A stretch of DNA of 64,000 nt from Camelus ferus (GCF_009834535.1 NC_045697.1:9054001-9118000); one strand, 5' to 3'. Counted from the first letter of the stretch, positions 11,041 to 25,440 are shown. Notes: generated from the letters alone by a model not told the origin. Made by a program: numbers and translations.

Positions 11041-14000
11041 AGATTGTTTACCTATTTTATAGTAATTTTTTTAAATGCCATCTGTGTATCTTATCTCTTT
11101 CCTCCTTCCCTTCCTCCCTCACAACTTTCCTTCATCCCTTCCACGAATTTCTTTTAGCCTCTTCTTTATGCCAGTCTCTGAAACTATCATTATGAGAAGG
11201 TTGACAATCTAAAAAATATTTTCACATATATGATTTCATTTATTTCTCACAACACTGTCGACAGGCAGGTAGACTTATCTCCATTTTGCAAGTGGGGACA
11301 TGGGCTCAAATAGATCAAGTGTTTGCCCACAGTCACAGAACCAGGGAGAGCTGCGACTTATACTGTGTCCTTGACTTCAAGTCCTGTCATTGCCCTGCTC
11401 TGCAACACTGTTCTTTGAAGGCAGGTGAGTCTGCTACTTTGCACCTATTTTCATTCCAATTCGTCATCATACATTGTCAATACATAGAGATCTTTGAGTC
11501 GATGCAATCAGGACAAGTGGTGTTCCATCAAAAGCTAGTGGGGATAGAAGCACACAGTGGAATAGAGGAGTCTCCTGGTTGCAAACATTCAACATGTTCT
11601 GGGAGTAAGTCAGTATCCTCTGCCCAGTGAAGGAACACCTTCCATTGTCCCGGCTACTTGGCTGAGTGGAGGGGGCGGCCAGAACTTCTCCTGTAGCTGT
11701 TAGTGGCTTTGTCTGACTCACTAGACTGTGAACGACACGAAAGCAAACACTGCTCCTCATTTTCCTTTGTGTCTCTACTACTCAACACAGACATGGTCAC
11801 TGTATCAAAGTTATCTATTATATGGGTCAGCCCTCAGGAATTTAGAGAGGGAGGTGAACTTAGCAAGCATCTTTTAAGAACATGGTCTCTCAGATTTCAG
11901 TCATCTGTGCAAGTAGATGCACCCAATGGATCTGTGTAATAGACTGCACAAATTGTGTGACATTTGAGTCTTGCCTATATTCTCATTTATTATTTATTTA
12001 CTCTTTATTATTCATTTACTTTATTACCACCTTCAACTTCGCAGGTGAATAGATTGGAAGCGTAACGTGATCAGCATGCCTGCTCCAGTTTAAGAATCAG
12101 TGTCAAAACTGAATCTGAACATAAATGCTCCTATTCTGGATTCTGGGATGCACGGTCAACCCTTCCTGCCTCCATATCTAAGTTTTTTTTTTTTTTTTTC
12201 CCTGCTTCTTGAGCAAAAGAGCTATGCTGTAAGGAGACTGCAGGATGGGGAGATAACCAGGTGCCTGCAGCTATCCGTGAGGTGAATGCAAGAAGCCTTG
12301 TGGGGAAAACTTCCACAGTGCTTCCAAGAGAGAAGCAGGGAGTTCAGGAGGGGGAGAAATTCAATGAATCTCCTGGGAGCTGAGCTGAGAAGGACAGTAG
12401 TGCCCAGGACGGGAGGGGAAGCCAGACCGATTTCTCTCTGAGCCGAACTGACAACACTTAGCACATATTTCAAGTCTACATTTTGGAAGGGAAAGATCTA
12501 ATGCCCTCTTAAAACTGTTCTCTCTTCCTTTCCAAAATGAAGGTCAGCAGGGGAGAGAAGCAGCATCTGCGATGGTAATGAAAGAAAACCCAGATGACTG
12601 CAGAAGCAATTTAAAGATTTGCCCGGATTTGCTTCGGCCCCCGTGGCTGTGCCTTCTACTTGCAACTCCTCCTCAACAATCTGGATGGGGAGATAAATAC
12701 ATTTTTTTAAAAGTCCAACATTCAGGCACTTTTGAAACTTAACAAAAGCGGGACCTGGGAGGCTTAAAATATTAATCATGTATCCAAGCTTGCCAGAGAA
12801 AAGAGGCTAGCGTTCTGCAGGTGTAGTGCAGAGAGAAAATCCCCTCCAGGAACGAGTGATATGGAGGTGGATTTCACCCATGTGCGCACCAGACACAGAC
12901 AGGAAGCTTGATTCACACTCAGTGCAGCCCTGGATTCCAAGGCCCCTCCTCAAAGGGAAAGCTGCAGGCAAGAAGTCCTCCTCTGGGGCACTCGGAGACC
13001 TCATTAGACTATCATTAAACAGCCAGCGAGGCTCTGCTATGGCAATAGGCTGAGTCCAGAAATACAGACGAAAAGCTTTAAAAACATTGGAGCAGAAAAC
13101 AAAGCATGAGCATTCAGAGGTAGGCGTTAATGGCAGGATTCCCAGGTCCCTAGCCCAGAGCCTCGCAGAGAACATCGTCAGAACACAGGAATAGTGACTT
13201 CACTCCTAGTATCTCTTTGAAGCTCTAGAGTGGCCCTAGGAGATGGACTTCGTAGGAGTTATTTTTATTTATCTGGGGGCCCCTGAGCTTACCCTCTCTT
13301 TAACCCCAGGGCTTCCTCTCAAGCCTCTGGTTTCTGATCACCAGCCCAGAGACTCAGTTTCTTTCTGATCCTCTTCCAAGTGGTCGTTGCCATGCACCAG
13401 TTTGCTCTCTGAATCGGTTAAAAAAAATCTATTCAGCTCCCCATTTTTGTGCTGCCAAGGATGAGCCCACAGGATCGCTTTTGAATTAAGGATTTTAATT
13501 TCACTTCCTACAGAGAACGTGATGGAAAGAATGAGACTCTCAACATTAGGAAGGCAACTGAAGTTCAAAAATTTCAGACTTACGAGTTTGGTTGTTGACT
13601 TCAGATCCTGTCCTCACTTGGGGATGTTCCTAGAAGTCTCAAGGACTCAACAGTTGGCTTTTATTCCTGAAGTTGTACATCATCTCTTCCTACCTCTTCC
13701 TCCTGAAACTTGTCCCTTCCTCTATAAGCATTTTCTTGTTCCTTGACCCTGCCCACAGCCTGTCTCAAAACTCTATGCCAGTATGTGCTTTGAATGTCTT
13801 TGCTTGAAACCCAGCTTCTTATCCTGAAGAAGCACTTCAGCCTCTCTCCCCAATTTACGATCAGTGATGATTTTCTTAAATGTTCTGAGCCTCAGTTAGT
13901 TCACTTATAAAGTGGAGTCAATAACACCTACATCATAGTGTTTTTAAAAATTAAATTAAATTTTATTTTATTTTATTTTACTTTACTTGCAGTGGCGATC

Positions 14001-15589
14001 CTTTTTCCCCAATAAAAGTATGTCCAGAGCAAATAGAGAGTAAATTTGGGAAAATACTCCTAGAAACTGTATTTACTTGTATAAGTTCTAAGACTGGCCC
14101 TGGTTGTCAGTTGAAGTTTCAAAGAAGAGACCACAGGGTGGTGGGTGTTATTCCCAGAAGATGGAAAACAGTTGGCAAAACAACCTCCCAGCATGGTGTT
14201 CATCAACATGGGGTTGGTGTTGCACTGTGCAAAGTCAGAATCCTGATTTATCTGCCTGCTGACTGAGGGCAGAGAAAGGTACATGAGATCCCAATTCGTT
14301 TGTAACAGATGTAAAGGTCTTTAGATTCTCACGATGCTTGCATCACTTTTCATTTTTTGACTTTCAAATTATTAGAATTAGCTCAAGCTTCCTCCACTGG
14401 ATTGTTTCATTTTTCCAGTTTCTTGTTCAGACTCTCAGTGTCCTTCGGAGGACGATGACTGTATCTCCCCTGCACAAAGCTTGACCCCAGGTGCTCTGGA
14501 CTTTGGATCCCAGGAGTCTGGTTCTCAGGGCCATTCTTCTCCAAACCCTACCTCCTCAGAGGTACCATCCTGGTATATGGACAATCATTTTTCTTCTCCA
14601 ATTCTAATAGGATCCACCAGAATTCCAACCACGTTTTCCTCCCACCTCTGACTTCCCAAAGAAAATTCTGGAACAGTAAAACATACACACATCACATTCT
14701 TTATGTTTCCTCAGATGGTAGAACTATATGGTAATTAGGAAGGGCCCAGAAGCTGGTAACCAAAAAATGCCCATATCCCCTCTTCTCCTTCCATGTTCCC
14801 CTAATGTAAAGGCCCACAGACTTATCCCTCCCATCCCCATCAGAGTGCTCAAGTAAGTTTCTGGCTATGATACTAAAGACACAAACAAACATACACAACA
14901 GCACAAGTTAACTACTCAGTAGGGTGTTTGGGATATATACTGATTAACAGTGAGAAATACAATTGACATAGGAAGACAGAAAGCTCAGGTTCACATTTCA
15001 AGTTCTTTCTCTCCCTAGCAGACCCATGTGAAAAGCCAAGTCATAATCAAAACCTTGCTTAGTGCGAATGGAGTCGGAGCAAAGGACATTTATTGGATTT
15101 GACAGTCATAGGATCGTCTGATATCTCCATCTTCCATTTGGGGTGCTTTTGCCAAACTGGAAGGAAACTGAGTTATCACTTTCTCTTTCTTAAAGACCCA
15201 TGATTTCACAAACCTCAGTCGGTAAGATTAAAGTCTCAGAAGATGAGAGGTTAGGGAAAAACAATTTAAACATTTTACTAAATATATTTAAATGATGCAG
15301 TGGGTAAGTATTCTAGAAGATATTCACTTGCTTTAGTGAGCCAGATTCATGACTATGAAACCCGGCTCCAATAAATAAGCTTCCGCATGACTTTCTTCCT
15401 TGTTCAGGAAATACTGCTGCAGGATCACAATCTGCGAGACTGAATATTTCACCAGCTTTATGTTGTACAGATGCAAGCTTCTCTTTCAACTCTTTAAACC
15501 TGCTCTTCCTGGCGTGATATTTGCTGGCTTTTGCCCTTGAACTTTTTTGTTTTCACATTGCTTTCATAGGTCACAGGACAATGTTTGAC

Positions 15590-15960
15590 CATTTCACAAG
15601 TTACAAACATGTTGTGGGGCCCTGGCTTTTTGTTGGGCGGGTTTTAGACAAGGCGATCAAAAAAGACTTCCCTGGGGAGTTAACTTTGAGCAATGAAAAG
15701 AGGTGCGGGTGGGGAGAAGCCATGCAAAGCTTGGGGAAAAAGAATGCCAGGGTGAGAGAACAGATGTTGTATAAGCAGCAAGAAGGCCAGGCAGAGAGTG
15801 GACTGAGTGAGGAGCAGTGAGGTGGGAGGATGTGCTAGGGCTGAACGATGTCTCAGGAGCCATGTGAGGAATTTAGGGGCCTGTCCCCAGGGTGATGGGC
15901 ATCCGTGAGATTCCAGTGCATCGGATAAGTGTCCTGATCTTGTACAGGGCTTGGATCATG
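15590..15960 (-). mobile_element. L2 LINE fragment
   Basis: Purine-rich reverse L2 body (GACTTCCCTGGGGAGTTAACTTTGAGC..GAAGGCCAG..GACTGAGTGAGG). Confidence 0.55.
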
Positions 15961-16669
15961 CTGCACCCACTGCTTCTGTGGTTCTCTTTTTCTATGTTCC
16001 CATGCTGGTCAGTTTCTTTTAGACCAAATTAATTTTTGTGTATGTGGATATCTTAATATCTTCATTGAGGTGAGCCCCCATCCTCCTGGCTCATCTTTGT
16101 GAGGTGCCTTCACATACTTCCTTTTAACTACACTAAGTTTTTGGGTTAACTCTCGGGAGGACAATCTCTGCCTCGTTCTTGGGAAGCCTGTCATTATTAC
16201 CTTCCTACCCACGTACCAGGAACATAATCACGCACACAGGTGCTTTAAGGATCCAGGCCAACAACAACAGCAACAAAAGATTTAAAAAGAAATGCTGTTT
16301 GGAGTCAAGGTGTGTTGGGAGCTCTAAATGCAGAAGCCAGACTGAAAAGGCTCAGCGTTCTCAGAGAGTGAGAGTCAGAAATAAACACTTACGTCAGCCC
16401 TTCCCTCCCCTGCATTGCTGTGGTCCAGACAGACGATGGCCCAGCACTTTGGATTTGTCTGGTTTCCTCATTAATTCTCCTCTCACTCCTGCTTTTATTA
16501 TCAACAATGACAACTGCGCACTTTCCCTAGGCGGCTTCTAAAGTCATCTAACTGCCATTAGACCAATAAAGAATCTCGTCTCTCTGCACAGTAAACAAAT
16601 TAAACCGCTCCTTGGTGCTTAAACTTCTTGATTAAAGCCTCACTGAATTATGGTAACTACTGTTCTTTA

Positions 16670-16840
16670 AAAACCTGCAGTGTGCTGAGTTAGTTGCTTT
16701 ACATATAGTATTTCATTCAATGTTTGCAATGACACTTTCAAGCTGAGAATCATTGGCCTGATATGCAGAAGAGGAAATGACGCTCAGAGTGGTGAAATGC
16801 TTGCCTCTGATGAGTCAGTAAGTAGCCAGCCTGTAGCCAG
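16670..16840 (-). mobile_element. MIR SINE
   Basis: TGCTTTACATATAGTATTTCATTCAAT..GCAGAAGAGGAAATGACGCTCAGAG. Confidence 0.65.
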
Positions 16841-17989
16841 ATCTGCACACTCATACAGCCCATGCTCCCGAGAATTCCACGCTTCCCTGCTGCTCCAGGC
16901 TGTTCTTGACATCTTCCCTCTCAGTGACTGTCCTTCCTCACTGAGGTACACATATGCTCATCTTTGCTTTCTTTCCACAGAGCATGTCTTCAAAATCTTG
17001 AGGGGATCCAACTCTTCACTGCTTTCTGTCAGCTTGCTCCCTAGGGTCATAGACTGTCATTGCTGGAGGGGACCTTGGAGATTATGTCTTCTGGAGGTTG
17101 CCAGTCTTGGGTCCCCAGATGGTAGACTAGTTACAATGTTCAGAAATCTCTAGTCAAACCACAATACTGTTATTGGGTTTGCATTACTGAAATAAAAAAT
17201 TAAATAACTATTTGATAAACACAGTTTGTCTAATAGATAGAAAGCTTCTTAAGATTGGGCCCATATTGAGTTAGTGGGGAAGAAGGAATTTATAAAGAAA
17301 AAAAGGTATTGGTGAAAACTCTCAGAAATATCTCTAGTTCAGTTTGTGTCCTCTTTTGTAAATGATTCAATGAATGCCCACTGGGAGGAAAAATGCACAC
17401 AAATTAAACTTCACTGGTTTGGGAGAGACTTTAAAGCTTATGTTGTCTAATTATGGTACATTTCTAGTGAGTGGTAGATCGGTCATTGATGGAGAATTTA
17501 TTGCTCCCCTGGCACCCTCTTACAATGTAAAGCGTCGAGTGTTTAAAATTCCTGCTTTTCTGTTGTTTGTACCCTTTGTTCTAGTCCTTTGGAGCATCAC
17601 ACAATAGTTCTCGTCACTCTTCTGAGGGATGTCCTTCATGCTCAGGGACATGACAGTTCTGAGCGACACTACTGGAGATGTCAGCACCAGCGAAGGGACC
17701 GTGGCCCCTTTTAGCTCCGCATGTGGACCTCAGCTGGTGAGTCAGTTCTTTCCTCAGCAAGGCCCATGAGACATTTATTTTGTCATTTGACCCTTTGTTC
17801 TCTGCTTTAGCCACATGCCTTAAAACTGAAGACATACTGAACTTCCTAAATTTTTTTTTTTATTCTCAGTACTCCTTATTTCTGGAATATTCTCTTTCTC
17901 ACTCTCTTCCACGGATTTGCCTCCTCTGGGAAAATTTCCGTGCCCCCAAAGAACTGGGAAAAGCCCTGTAACACCTGCGCCCATTGCTT

Positions 17990-18157
17990 TTGCATGTCTC
18001 CTTGCCTGTATCACTGGTTTGTAATTAACCGTGGATCTCTGTCTCTCCTCATCAGGGCTGTAGGATCCTAGTGGCCAGGGATGAGCTAGTCTCTCAGTCT
18101 GAAGCCTAGCGCCTGACTGAGACATGTAGTGGGTCCTCAGGGAAATGAATGAATGAA
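17990..18157 (+). mobile_element. L2 LINE 3' end
   Basis: GCCTAGCGCCTGACTGAGACATGTAGTGGGTCCTCAGGGAAATGAATGAATGAA tail. Confidence 0.65.
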
Positions 18158-19234
18158 TTCATTGTATGGGCCCTTCTTGTGTCTTGTCACCAAACCCTCA
18201 ACTTACACTGTCTCTTCATCATGGCAATGGGAAAGTGGGGAGTTCAGAAGCAAAGGGAATAGGATGAGGGAGGGAGTGGCAGGGAAGAGGAACCAGGAGA
18301 CAGAGAAACACATGGAATCAAACACTTAATTGTTTAGATGAGGAAACTGCGACTCAAACAGGACCATGATGTTCTAAGTCACAGAGTGGGGACTGGAATT
18401 CTGTTTCCTGGCTTTGGACCCTGGGCCTTCCCTCTATGCTATGAACATTGTAGCCACAACATCTTTAACACACAGACAAAAACATACCTGCTTATTTCTG
18501 AAGACGACAGCCCCATGGTCAGGGTGAAGGGGTCATTGGTTGAAGTTTAAAAATAAAATACTCCTGATTTAAATGCAGCCTCTCACTGGGAGCAATGACT
18601 CAGGCTAATTTTGTGGGCAGCATGTTTTCCTTTGAGATTTCTCATCGGGTCTGTTCCTTGGCTTCCTAGATTATATAAGGGTAATGATGAATTCCATAAC
18701 TGCATCCCAACTCCCCGAGGCCCAAAATAATCACTGTTCTGTTTTCCATGGGAAATGAAGGTATATATTAGGATTTTTAATATTCTTTGAACATCAACTT
18801 TAAAAACAGGAGACATCCATGGCAGGTGGAGCTTGCAAATGATGTTTCTAATCAGATGTTCATCCACAAAGTAATTAACCTTAGAGAAGTGTCTTCCTTG
18901 TAAGGCCCAGAGGCTTCTAAAAAGACTTCTTTACTCTCAGCTGTCTCTTAACATGCTTTCTCTTTGCCTCCCACTGTGTTCCAGAGCCCAAAGGGAAGAT
19001 GAGAGGCAAGTCCTGCTGATAAGGATGCCATCGCATTTTGGTGTCTCAAACTTTGGCTGTGGAGATAGAAGTACTTCTTCTGCCTGTCCTCTCACCACCC
19101 CAACCCCAGGACCCTCATCACTGTGTTTTCTCATGTTTTGTAAATTGCTTAGAGCTCTGCCAGGTTCGTCAGTGCCACCTGGCCCACTGCCTTGGCTTCT
19201 CTGTAACTCCTTTTAGGAAATTCAAGGGAAGAAT

Positions 19235-19400
19235 TTGAATGGGAGTTCAGACCCTGGGTCTGCCACTTCCTAGCTGTGTACTTGTGAACAAGCTCCAGCC
19301 TCCTTCCGAGTCTCAGTTTCCCACCTGTGCCTGGATTGTTACATTGACTGTTGACATGATTCCCTGTAAGAGTCTCAAGAAAGCATCCAGCTTAGTGCCT
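19235..19400 (+). mobile_element. MIR SINE
   Basis: GTTCAGACCCTGGGTCTGCCACTTCCTAGCTGTGT..GTCTCAGTTTCCCACCTGT. Confidence 0.7.
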
Positions 19401-19494
19401 TCTTCCTAGAAATTTCTTAGCAGATTATTCATATTCTGCCCTATCTCCCTTCTGTCTCTTTTGGTAAAGCAAAGTTTGTATGTATTTGGGCTAG

Positions 19495-19950
19495 CATATT
19501 AATTTCCTAGGAATGCTGTACCGAAGTACCACAAAATGAGTGTTTTAAAAGAACAGAATTTGATTATCTCATAGTTCTAGAGGCCGGAAATCCTAAATTA
19601 AGGTGTCATCAGGACCATGTTTCCTTTGGAATCTGTAGGGGAATCCTCCATTGCTTCTTAGCTTCAGGTGGTTTGCTGGCAATCTTCGGTTTTCCTTGGT
19701 TTGCACCTGCGTAATTCCAATGTCTGCTGTGTTATCACATAACATTCTCCATGTGTTTCTCTGTCCTCACATGGTGGTCTTATAAGGACCCTAGTCTTAT
19801 TGCATTAGGGGTCTACTCTATGCCTATGGGATCTCATCTAAACTAATTATATATGCAATGAATCAACCCTATTTCTGACTAGGGGTTAGGACTTCAACAC
19901 ATATTTTTTAGGGGGAGGGAACATTAGAGACCATGATTCAACCCATAACA
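19495..19950 (-). mobile_element. MaLR LTR (MLT1C/B-like)
   Basis: Starts ..ATTAATTTCCTAGGAATGCTGTACCGAAGTACCACAAA and ends ATTCAACCCATAACA (reverse of TGTTATGGGTTGAAT). Confidence 0.85.
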
Positions 19951-20329
19951 AGTAAGTACTGAATTACATGCTGAAGTATTCTAGTCTATTTAGTCAGCAT
20001 CTTATGTAGACTTCTGTTTTGATTAGATTAGATGTCATTGTTTGAGAAGCCTAATCTTAGAATTGCAGTCTTTGAGCTGAAAGGAAATGTGTCATTTCTT
20101 TCACTTCCTTCATCTTTATGCCCCTTTCCCAGTCTCCCTTCTTTATTCTCAGTCCTACCAGTCTTACCATCTCAAATTCATTATCACCCAGCAGCCAGAG
20201 CTCTCTGTCTCCTTCCACTTTTAAAACAGTCATGTGTTCATATCAGTCATCTTGTTCTTTATAGGATAAAAGTCAAACTCCCCATCTCGGTACAAATTGT
20301 CCTGTAGTACCCGGCCCCCACCTCCCTCT

Positions 20330-20435
20330 GTGATGGTCAGTTGTCTTGGTTTATCCCAGATGGTCTTAGCGCTGAAATTTTTGCATCCTGAGAAACCCCT
20401 CAGTTCTGGACAAATCAGGGTGGTTGTTCACTCTC
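20330..20435. mobile_element. MER94/MER81-like hAT-Blackjack MITE
   Basis: Degenerate inverted ends GGTCAGTTGTCTTGGTTTATCC / GGACAAATCAGGGTGGTTGTTCAC around GAAACCCCTCAG. Confidence 0.6.
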
Positions 20436-21884
20436 CCACCTCCCTACAGCTTTAGAGACTCTCTGGCTGTTGCAGATTTAATTCTATCTTGCTAATTGTG
20501 TATCGCTCTGGCATTAGCTGTTTGCTCATCAGGCTCTTCTGCTAAATTATATGTTCCTTATGGAGTTCTAGATCTAAATGAATCTAGCTAGGTTTAAATT
20601 TCCACTCCGCTGACTTTTGTCAGTACATATTTTATTAAGCATTAATTCCTTAAAAACAAAAGGGGCACAAAATCCTATATCCTTTGGTTGTTATGAGGGT
20701 AAATTAGATGTCATGAGTAGACCCCCTTGCAGAATCTGATACACACTCAGTGCTGTATAAGTGGTAGGTGGTTTTCACTTGAGGGCATGTCTGTATACTC
20801 CAGAGTTCCTGTGTTCAGTAAATGCTTTTGAAAGAAAGCTCAAGGCTACACAGCTCACATCTCTTGAGCCATAATCTTTCTCTCCTGCTATTTTCTCTCC
20901 TTGACTTAAAAATAAATTCATTTTTTCAGAGGTTATCCTTACTAAGAACTTGGCTCAAAGCCTTGTCGAGTAATGTGGAATATGCCAGACATATTCCTAT
21001 GGACCTTCTACTACTGGAATTTTCCATGTGTCAATAATTTTCTAGTCTTCAGTAACTTTGATATAGTTGGATCCAACAATTGGTCCTTGAAGGGAAAACA
21101 GCCAACTGAAAAGACCTTGAATCTTTTCTTGCGCTCCAGTTCTCATGAACTCAGAACATAAACATTCAAAGTTGGTGTGGCATCATCAGCTGCCTGGAGG
21201 GTCAGCGAAAGCCTTTTCCTCCAGATCAGCCCCCCAAAGGAATCAGCTGTGTTTTATTTAACCTGATGGCATTAGAGTTCTGTGCGTGAGGGAGTCGCGA
21301 ATAAGTGAGGTCGTCTTCCACCCCAGAGGTGAGCGGGAAACCTCCTGATTGTGGTCAGAAGGATATCACTAGCTCTTGGTTTGCTCTGAGATCCTCATTG
21401 TGGAGGCCACTGGTTCTTTTTATCTAGCAGGTATTTGATGTCATGATGAGATTAATAATTCACAGTTTGGATAGTGTTTTTCCACTGAGGGCTGTGTGCA
21501 GAGAAAAGCAGAAGTGCTGGCAAAAGCCTGAGGGCTTCTGACAAGGTCAGATGCCTTATGCTTCAGCAAGGGCTCCGAATCCCCAGTAACCCCTTCCTTG
21601 CTTTGACTGATACATAGAAAGGCAGGGATTCTTGGGGGATTTTTAGCTTTCTTAGATGGGGTAAAAGTGATTTCAGTCATGCAGACCTCTGCAAGATGGC
21701 AAGTCAATGAGAAGAGCAGAAACAAAATGTAAATAAAATTTTAATTATCAGTTCCGAACAGTAATTCAAGAGATGTTACCAAATCATACGTGAGTAACTG
21801 CTATAGGTGATGAGAGAGTTAGTAGTAGCCAGGGGAAGGCAAGGCTTGATCTGTTCTTATTACTATCTCTCGTGCGTATTTTGA

Positions 21885-22095
21885 TTATTGCTATTCATCA
21901 CTTTCTTTGAGTCCCAGGCACTCTGCATCACATAATGTCTCTTTTGATCTTTACACTAATTCTATGAAAATAGACAATCTTATTCTCATCTTCTGAATGA
22001 GGAAACTGAGGCTCAGAAAGTCAACCAGGCTTTTGCAAGGACAAAAGGTGGTAAGAGGTGGAGCCAGAGTTCAGCCCTGGGGTAGCTGTCTCTGA
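21885..22095 (-). mobile_element. MIR SINE
   Basis: TATTCTCATCTTCTGAATGAGGAAACTGAGGCTCAGAAAG. Confidence 0.8.
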
Positions 22096-22189
22096 GTATT
22101 GCTTTTTACATGTGCTACATCATCTTCTAGTAATTATTTAAAAATCAATGATCATGAGGAAGATTCTTAGAATTTTGCAAGGACATAAG

Positions 22190-22390
22190 AGTTTTCAAGA
22201 CTATTTATATCTTCCTTTTCACTTACTTCTCACAGCAGCCCTGCACGCGAACAAGTTGGGGGCTACTATCTCCACCTAGAAAATGCAGAACTTGGACTGG
22301 AGGGATGTTATGTGATTCCCAAGGTCACCAGCCAACTGGTTAGGGGCCACAATGCACGTGGAACTCAGGATTTGTGATTCCACAGCTGGG
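22190..22390 (-). mobile_element. MIR SINE
   Basis: TCTCACAGCAGCCCTG..TTATGTGATTCCCAAGGTCACCAGC. Confidence 0.6.
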
Positions 22391-24074
22391 GCTTTGTGAC
22401 CTGTCCTTTAGAAGATGAACGAGGTCACACTAGTGGGAGCTGCCATTTTTTGGTTCTGACTCGTGCCAAAGGAGGTATGGCTGGAGAATGGTCTGAACTT
22501 TATATTCTACTTTTGCTGATCTTCATATCTCTCATCAAGCTCACATGGCTTCCTAAGCAGCAAGGTTCTCACTCACCAGACTTCCAGTGGTAGTGATGAG
22601 AACTGCCATCTTCTGTTCTTGTCCATTTTTAAACTCCAGTTCTCCAGACTTCTGGTGAGTCTATTTTCATTCCAATAGCTTTTTAAAAACTTCATTTTCT
22701 CAAGTGACAAGAGTCTAGTTTTGCTGTTTGTAGCTGAGAACTCTGACCCACATGGTGTTGTACCTGGGTTGTATGCAAAGTCACTGAACGGCACTGCTAC
22801 ATAGTCTGTCTTCAAGGAACCTTAGTTCTGGCCCATTCTCCTTTTTCAACATCATGGATTGTCAAAGTATAACCCATAATTTCCATACTCTTGCTAAACC
22901 ATTATCTCAACAATGTTTGATTTATTTCACGCAATTAGTAAAGATGACTCTCGGACCCCTAGAGAGCTGGTTTTAGAATCCCCCCAGAGAGGAGAAGAGA
23001 TGATACGAAGAAGGAGAATGACGGGTCTTAGGACAGCTCCAGCTGGTTGGGGTTCCTTGGTCAACATACTTACCTTTTCTTCTTTCTTTTTTCCTCATTA
23101 TTTTCTCCTACCTTCTATCCTCTGTGTCTTCCTTATCTTTCTATTTCCATTCTCTTGTTCTTTTTTTCAAGTTGAAGACAATTGAGGGATATACAGCTCC
23201 TGGAATCTCCTGGAATGTTTAATTAATTTGAGCCTCTTCTTCCATGAACTTGCCCTATGCTGCTTATTCTCCTAACGCATATATCACCTTATTCAATCTC
23301 CTCAAACCTTTTAGAAGAAGAGATTATGTCCCTATTACAAGAGGCAAAAGAGGAGAGAAACTGAGATTTGGAGCATGGTAGAAGTTGCTCATGGTGGCTG
23401 GTTCCTGAGCATCCCTCTGCTATTTTCCATGAAGTTGCAAACATCAACTGAAAAACAGCCCGATTCTGATATTAGAACAAGAGACAAGGAAATAGAAGGC
23501 TTTTTGGAGCACTTGTTCTGCTACTTATCAACTATGTGTATCCTTGACAAGTTATTCAAACTCTAAGTCTTAGACAACACTGTGGGAGTGCAGGAGTGTA
23601 AGTCTGGACACTCAGTGGAAGATGAATAGAATTCGGGCATTTCATTTGAAATGTTTCTTTTGCCCTACATTCACTTTGCTTCCCCAGAGTGTCCCTCCTG
23701 TCATATTCTTAGGAGGTATGAGATCCAGCTTTCCTTCCCAGCATGTGGAGATGCCTGAGTGCCAGGGAGTTTGTGCTATTAGCCAGACGGCCTCTACATG
23801 TCGGGAAAATGTGCCTCTAGATTACCTAGTTCTTTTCAATGAAAGCTCCAATTACCCATGGCCACTCCTGGCTAATCACATTTCTTCATACAGGAAGTTA
23901 GAACACTCATAATAAGATTGGATGGGGGCTAGATATGGTACGTTTGTTAATAGTCGTCCTCTGTTTTGCATACAACTCGTGAGGGATGGTGAGTTCAAGG
24001 TCATGTCTCTGCCCCAGGATAATCATTTGCTAAATTGTAAGGCTTTGAGATAGAAAACACGAGGCTCTATGTTG

Positions 24075-24300
24075 TCCGATGCAGTTCAGGTAAATTCTTG
24101 GTTCTGCTGCTTCCTCACTGATGTCCTTGGATAGCTTACTCTACCATTCTTTGCCTCAGTTTTTTCTTCCAAACGGAGGACAGTAATTCTCAAATCTTCC
24201 TCTTGGAGTGTCTATGAAGATTAAGCAAGAAGATCCCTATGAAGCAATTAGCTTTGTGCCTGACACAGTGAGCATTCAATAAATGTGCTTAAGACACAGT
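24075..24300 (+). mobile_element. MIR SINE
   Basis: TGCCTCAGTTTTTTCTTCC..GTGCCTGACACAGTGAGCATTCAATAAATG. Confidence 0.75.
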
Positions 24301-25224
24301 AGTTGATGATAAAAAGCAATCCCATTTCCCACTGCTTGGTATTTGTTCTGCCATTGCTTAAGGTGACATAACACATGAGTAAGGTGCCCCAGTAGTCTTC
24401 TCAGAGTGCAACTGGCAAATCTATTCATCTGAATCAGGCTCCTATATCAAGGAACTTGATGAACAAGAATAAGAGCTTTATATGCTGTCTTCACTAAAAA
24501 ATATAAAGTATACCATTAGGTTTTCAACCTAATAAGTATTGAGAAGTAGATAGATTTTTTTCCCCCATTCTTTTTCAAATTGAGTCGTAATGTGCTATAG
24601 AGTGAGGAAAAGGTACAGGAGAATATAAGATACTTGAGAGGCATTTTACTGGGTATCAAGAGATGAGTTTTTCCTACTCATTTTAAAACTCACCAGCTTC
24701 TTGTGTGGCAGTTGGGTCTCTCTGGATAGACTGCAAGTTCTGTGAAGGTACCACAGTGACTGAACTTTCTCTGTGCTTCCTGCATGCACGTGGGCACCAT
24801 GTGACGTCCCTTTACTCTACGTATACTTGTCTATATGCAGTTCTTCCCAGTTTATGCCTTTGTACCTTTGTGCATGTTGTTTTCTCTGCTTGAAACACAG
24901 TTCCCATACTTGTCTGGCTGTATAATGCATTTCTCAAGACATGGCTTAAATGTCATCTTCTCTGCAAGGTGCCCGTGGGAGGCTGGTTAAGTCTGCATTC
25001 TTGATGCCCTTGGGTTTCTTGGGCAGGAAGCAGAATTACTCCCCGTGATTGCAGCTAGAGAACAGCAAGTGCTGTTTTGACACAGCTGGCACAAACAGCA
25101 TCTCCCATACTTTCAGACAAAAGGGCTCTGTATAGTTTTAAGGCATTCACTTGGCCAAATCGTCCTGACCCTGTCTCTAAGATAATGGACTCTTGATGTC
25201 TCAGACTTCCTTTTATGAGGAAGA

Positions 25225-25440
25225 GACTTGTGTAGTTTGGAGGCAGAGGAATCAGGATGTGGCTCTTGGTCCCCACTATCTATTAGCTGTGTGATAACTG
25301 AATCTCAGTTTCCTTATTTTTAAAGATGGGTATAATGACAGCTATCTTGAAGGTCCAACAAGCGATTAATTGTGATAAGACAGGTGAAGTGTCAAGCATG
25401 TCCCTGGGATCCAGAAGACACACAATGAACAGTAGCTATC
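25225..25440 (+). mobile_element. MIR SINE
   Basis: TAGCTGTGTGA..TCTCAGTTTCCTTATTTTTAAAGATGGGTATAAT. Confidence 0.7.
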
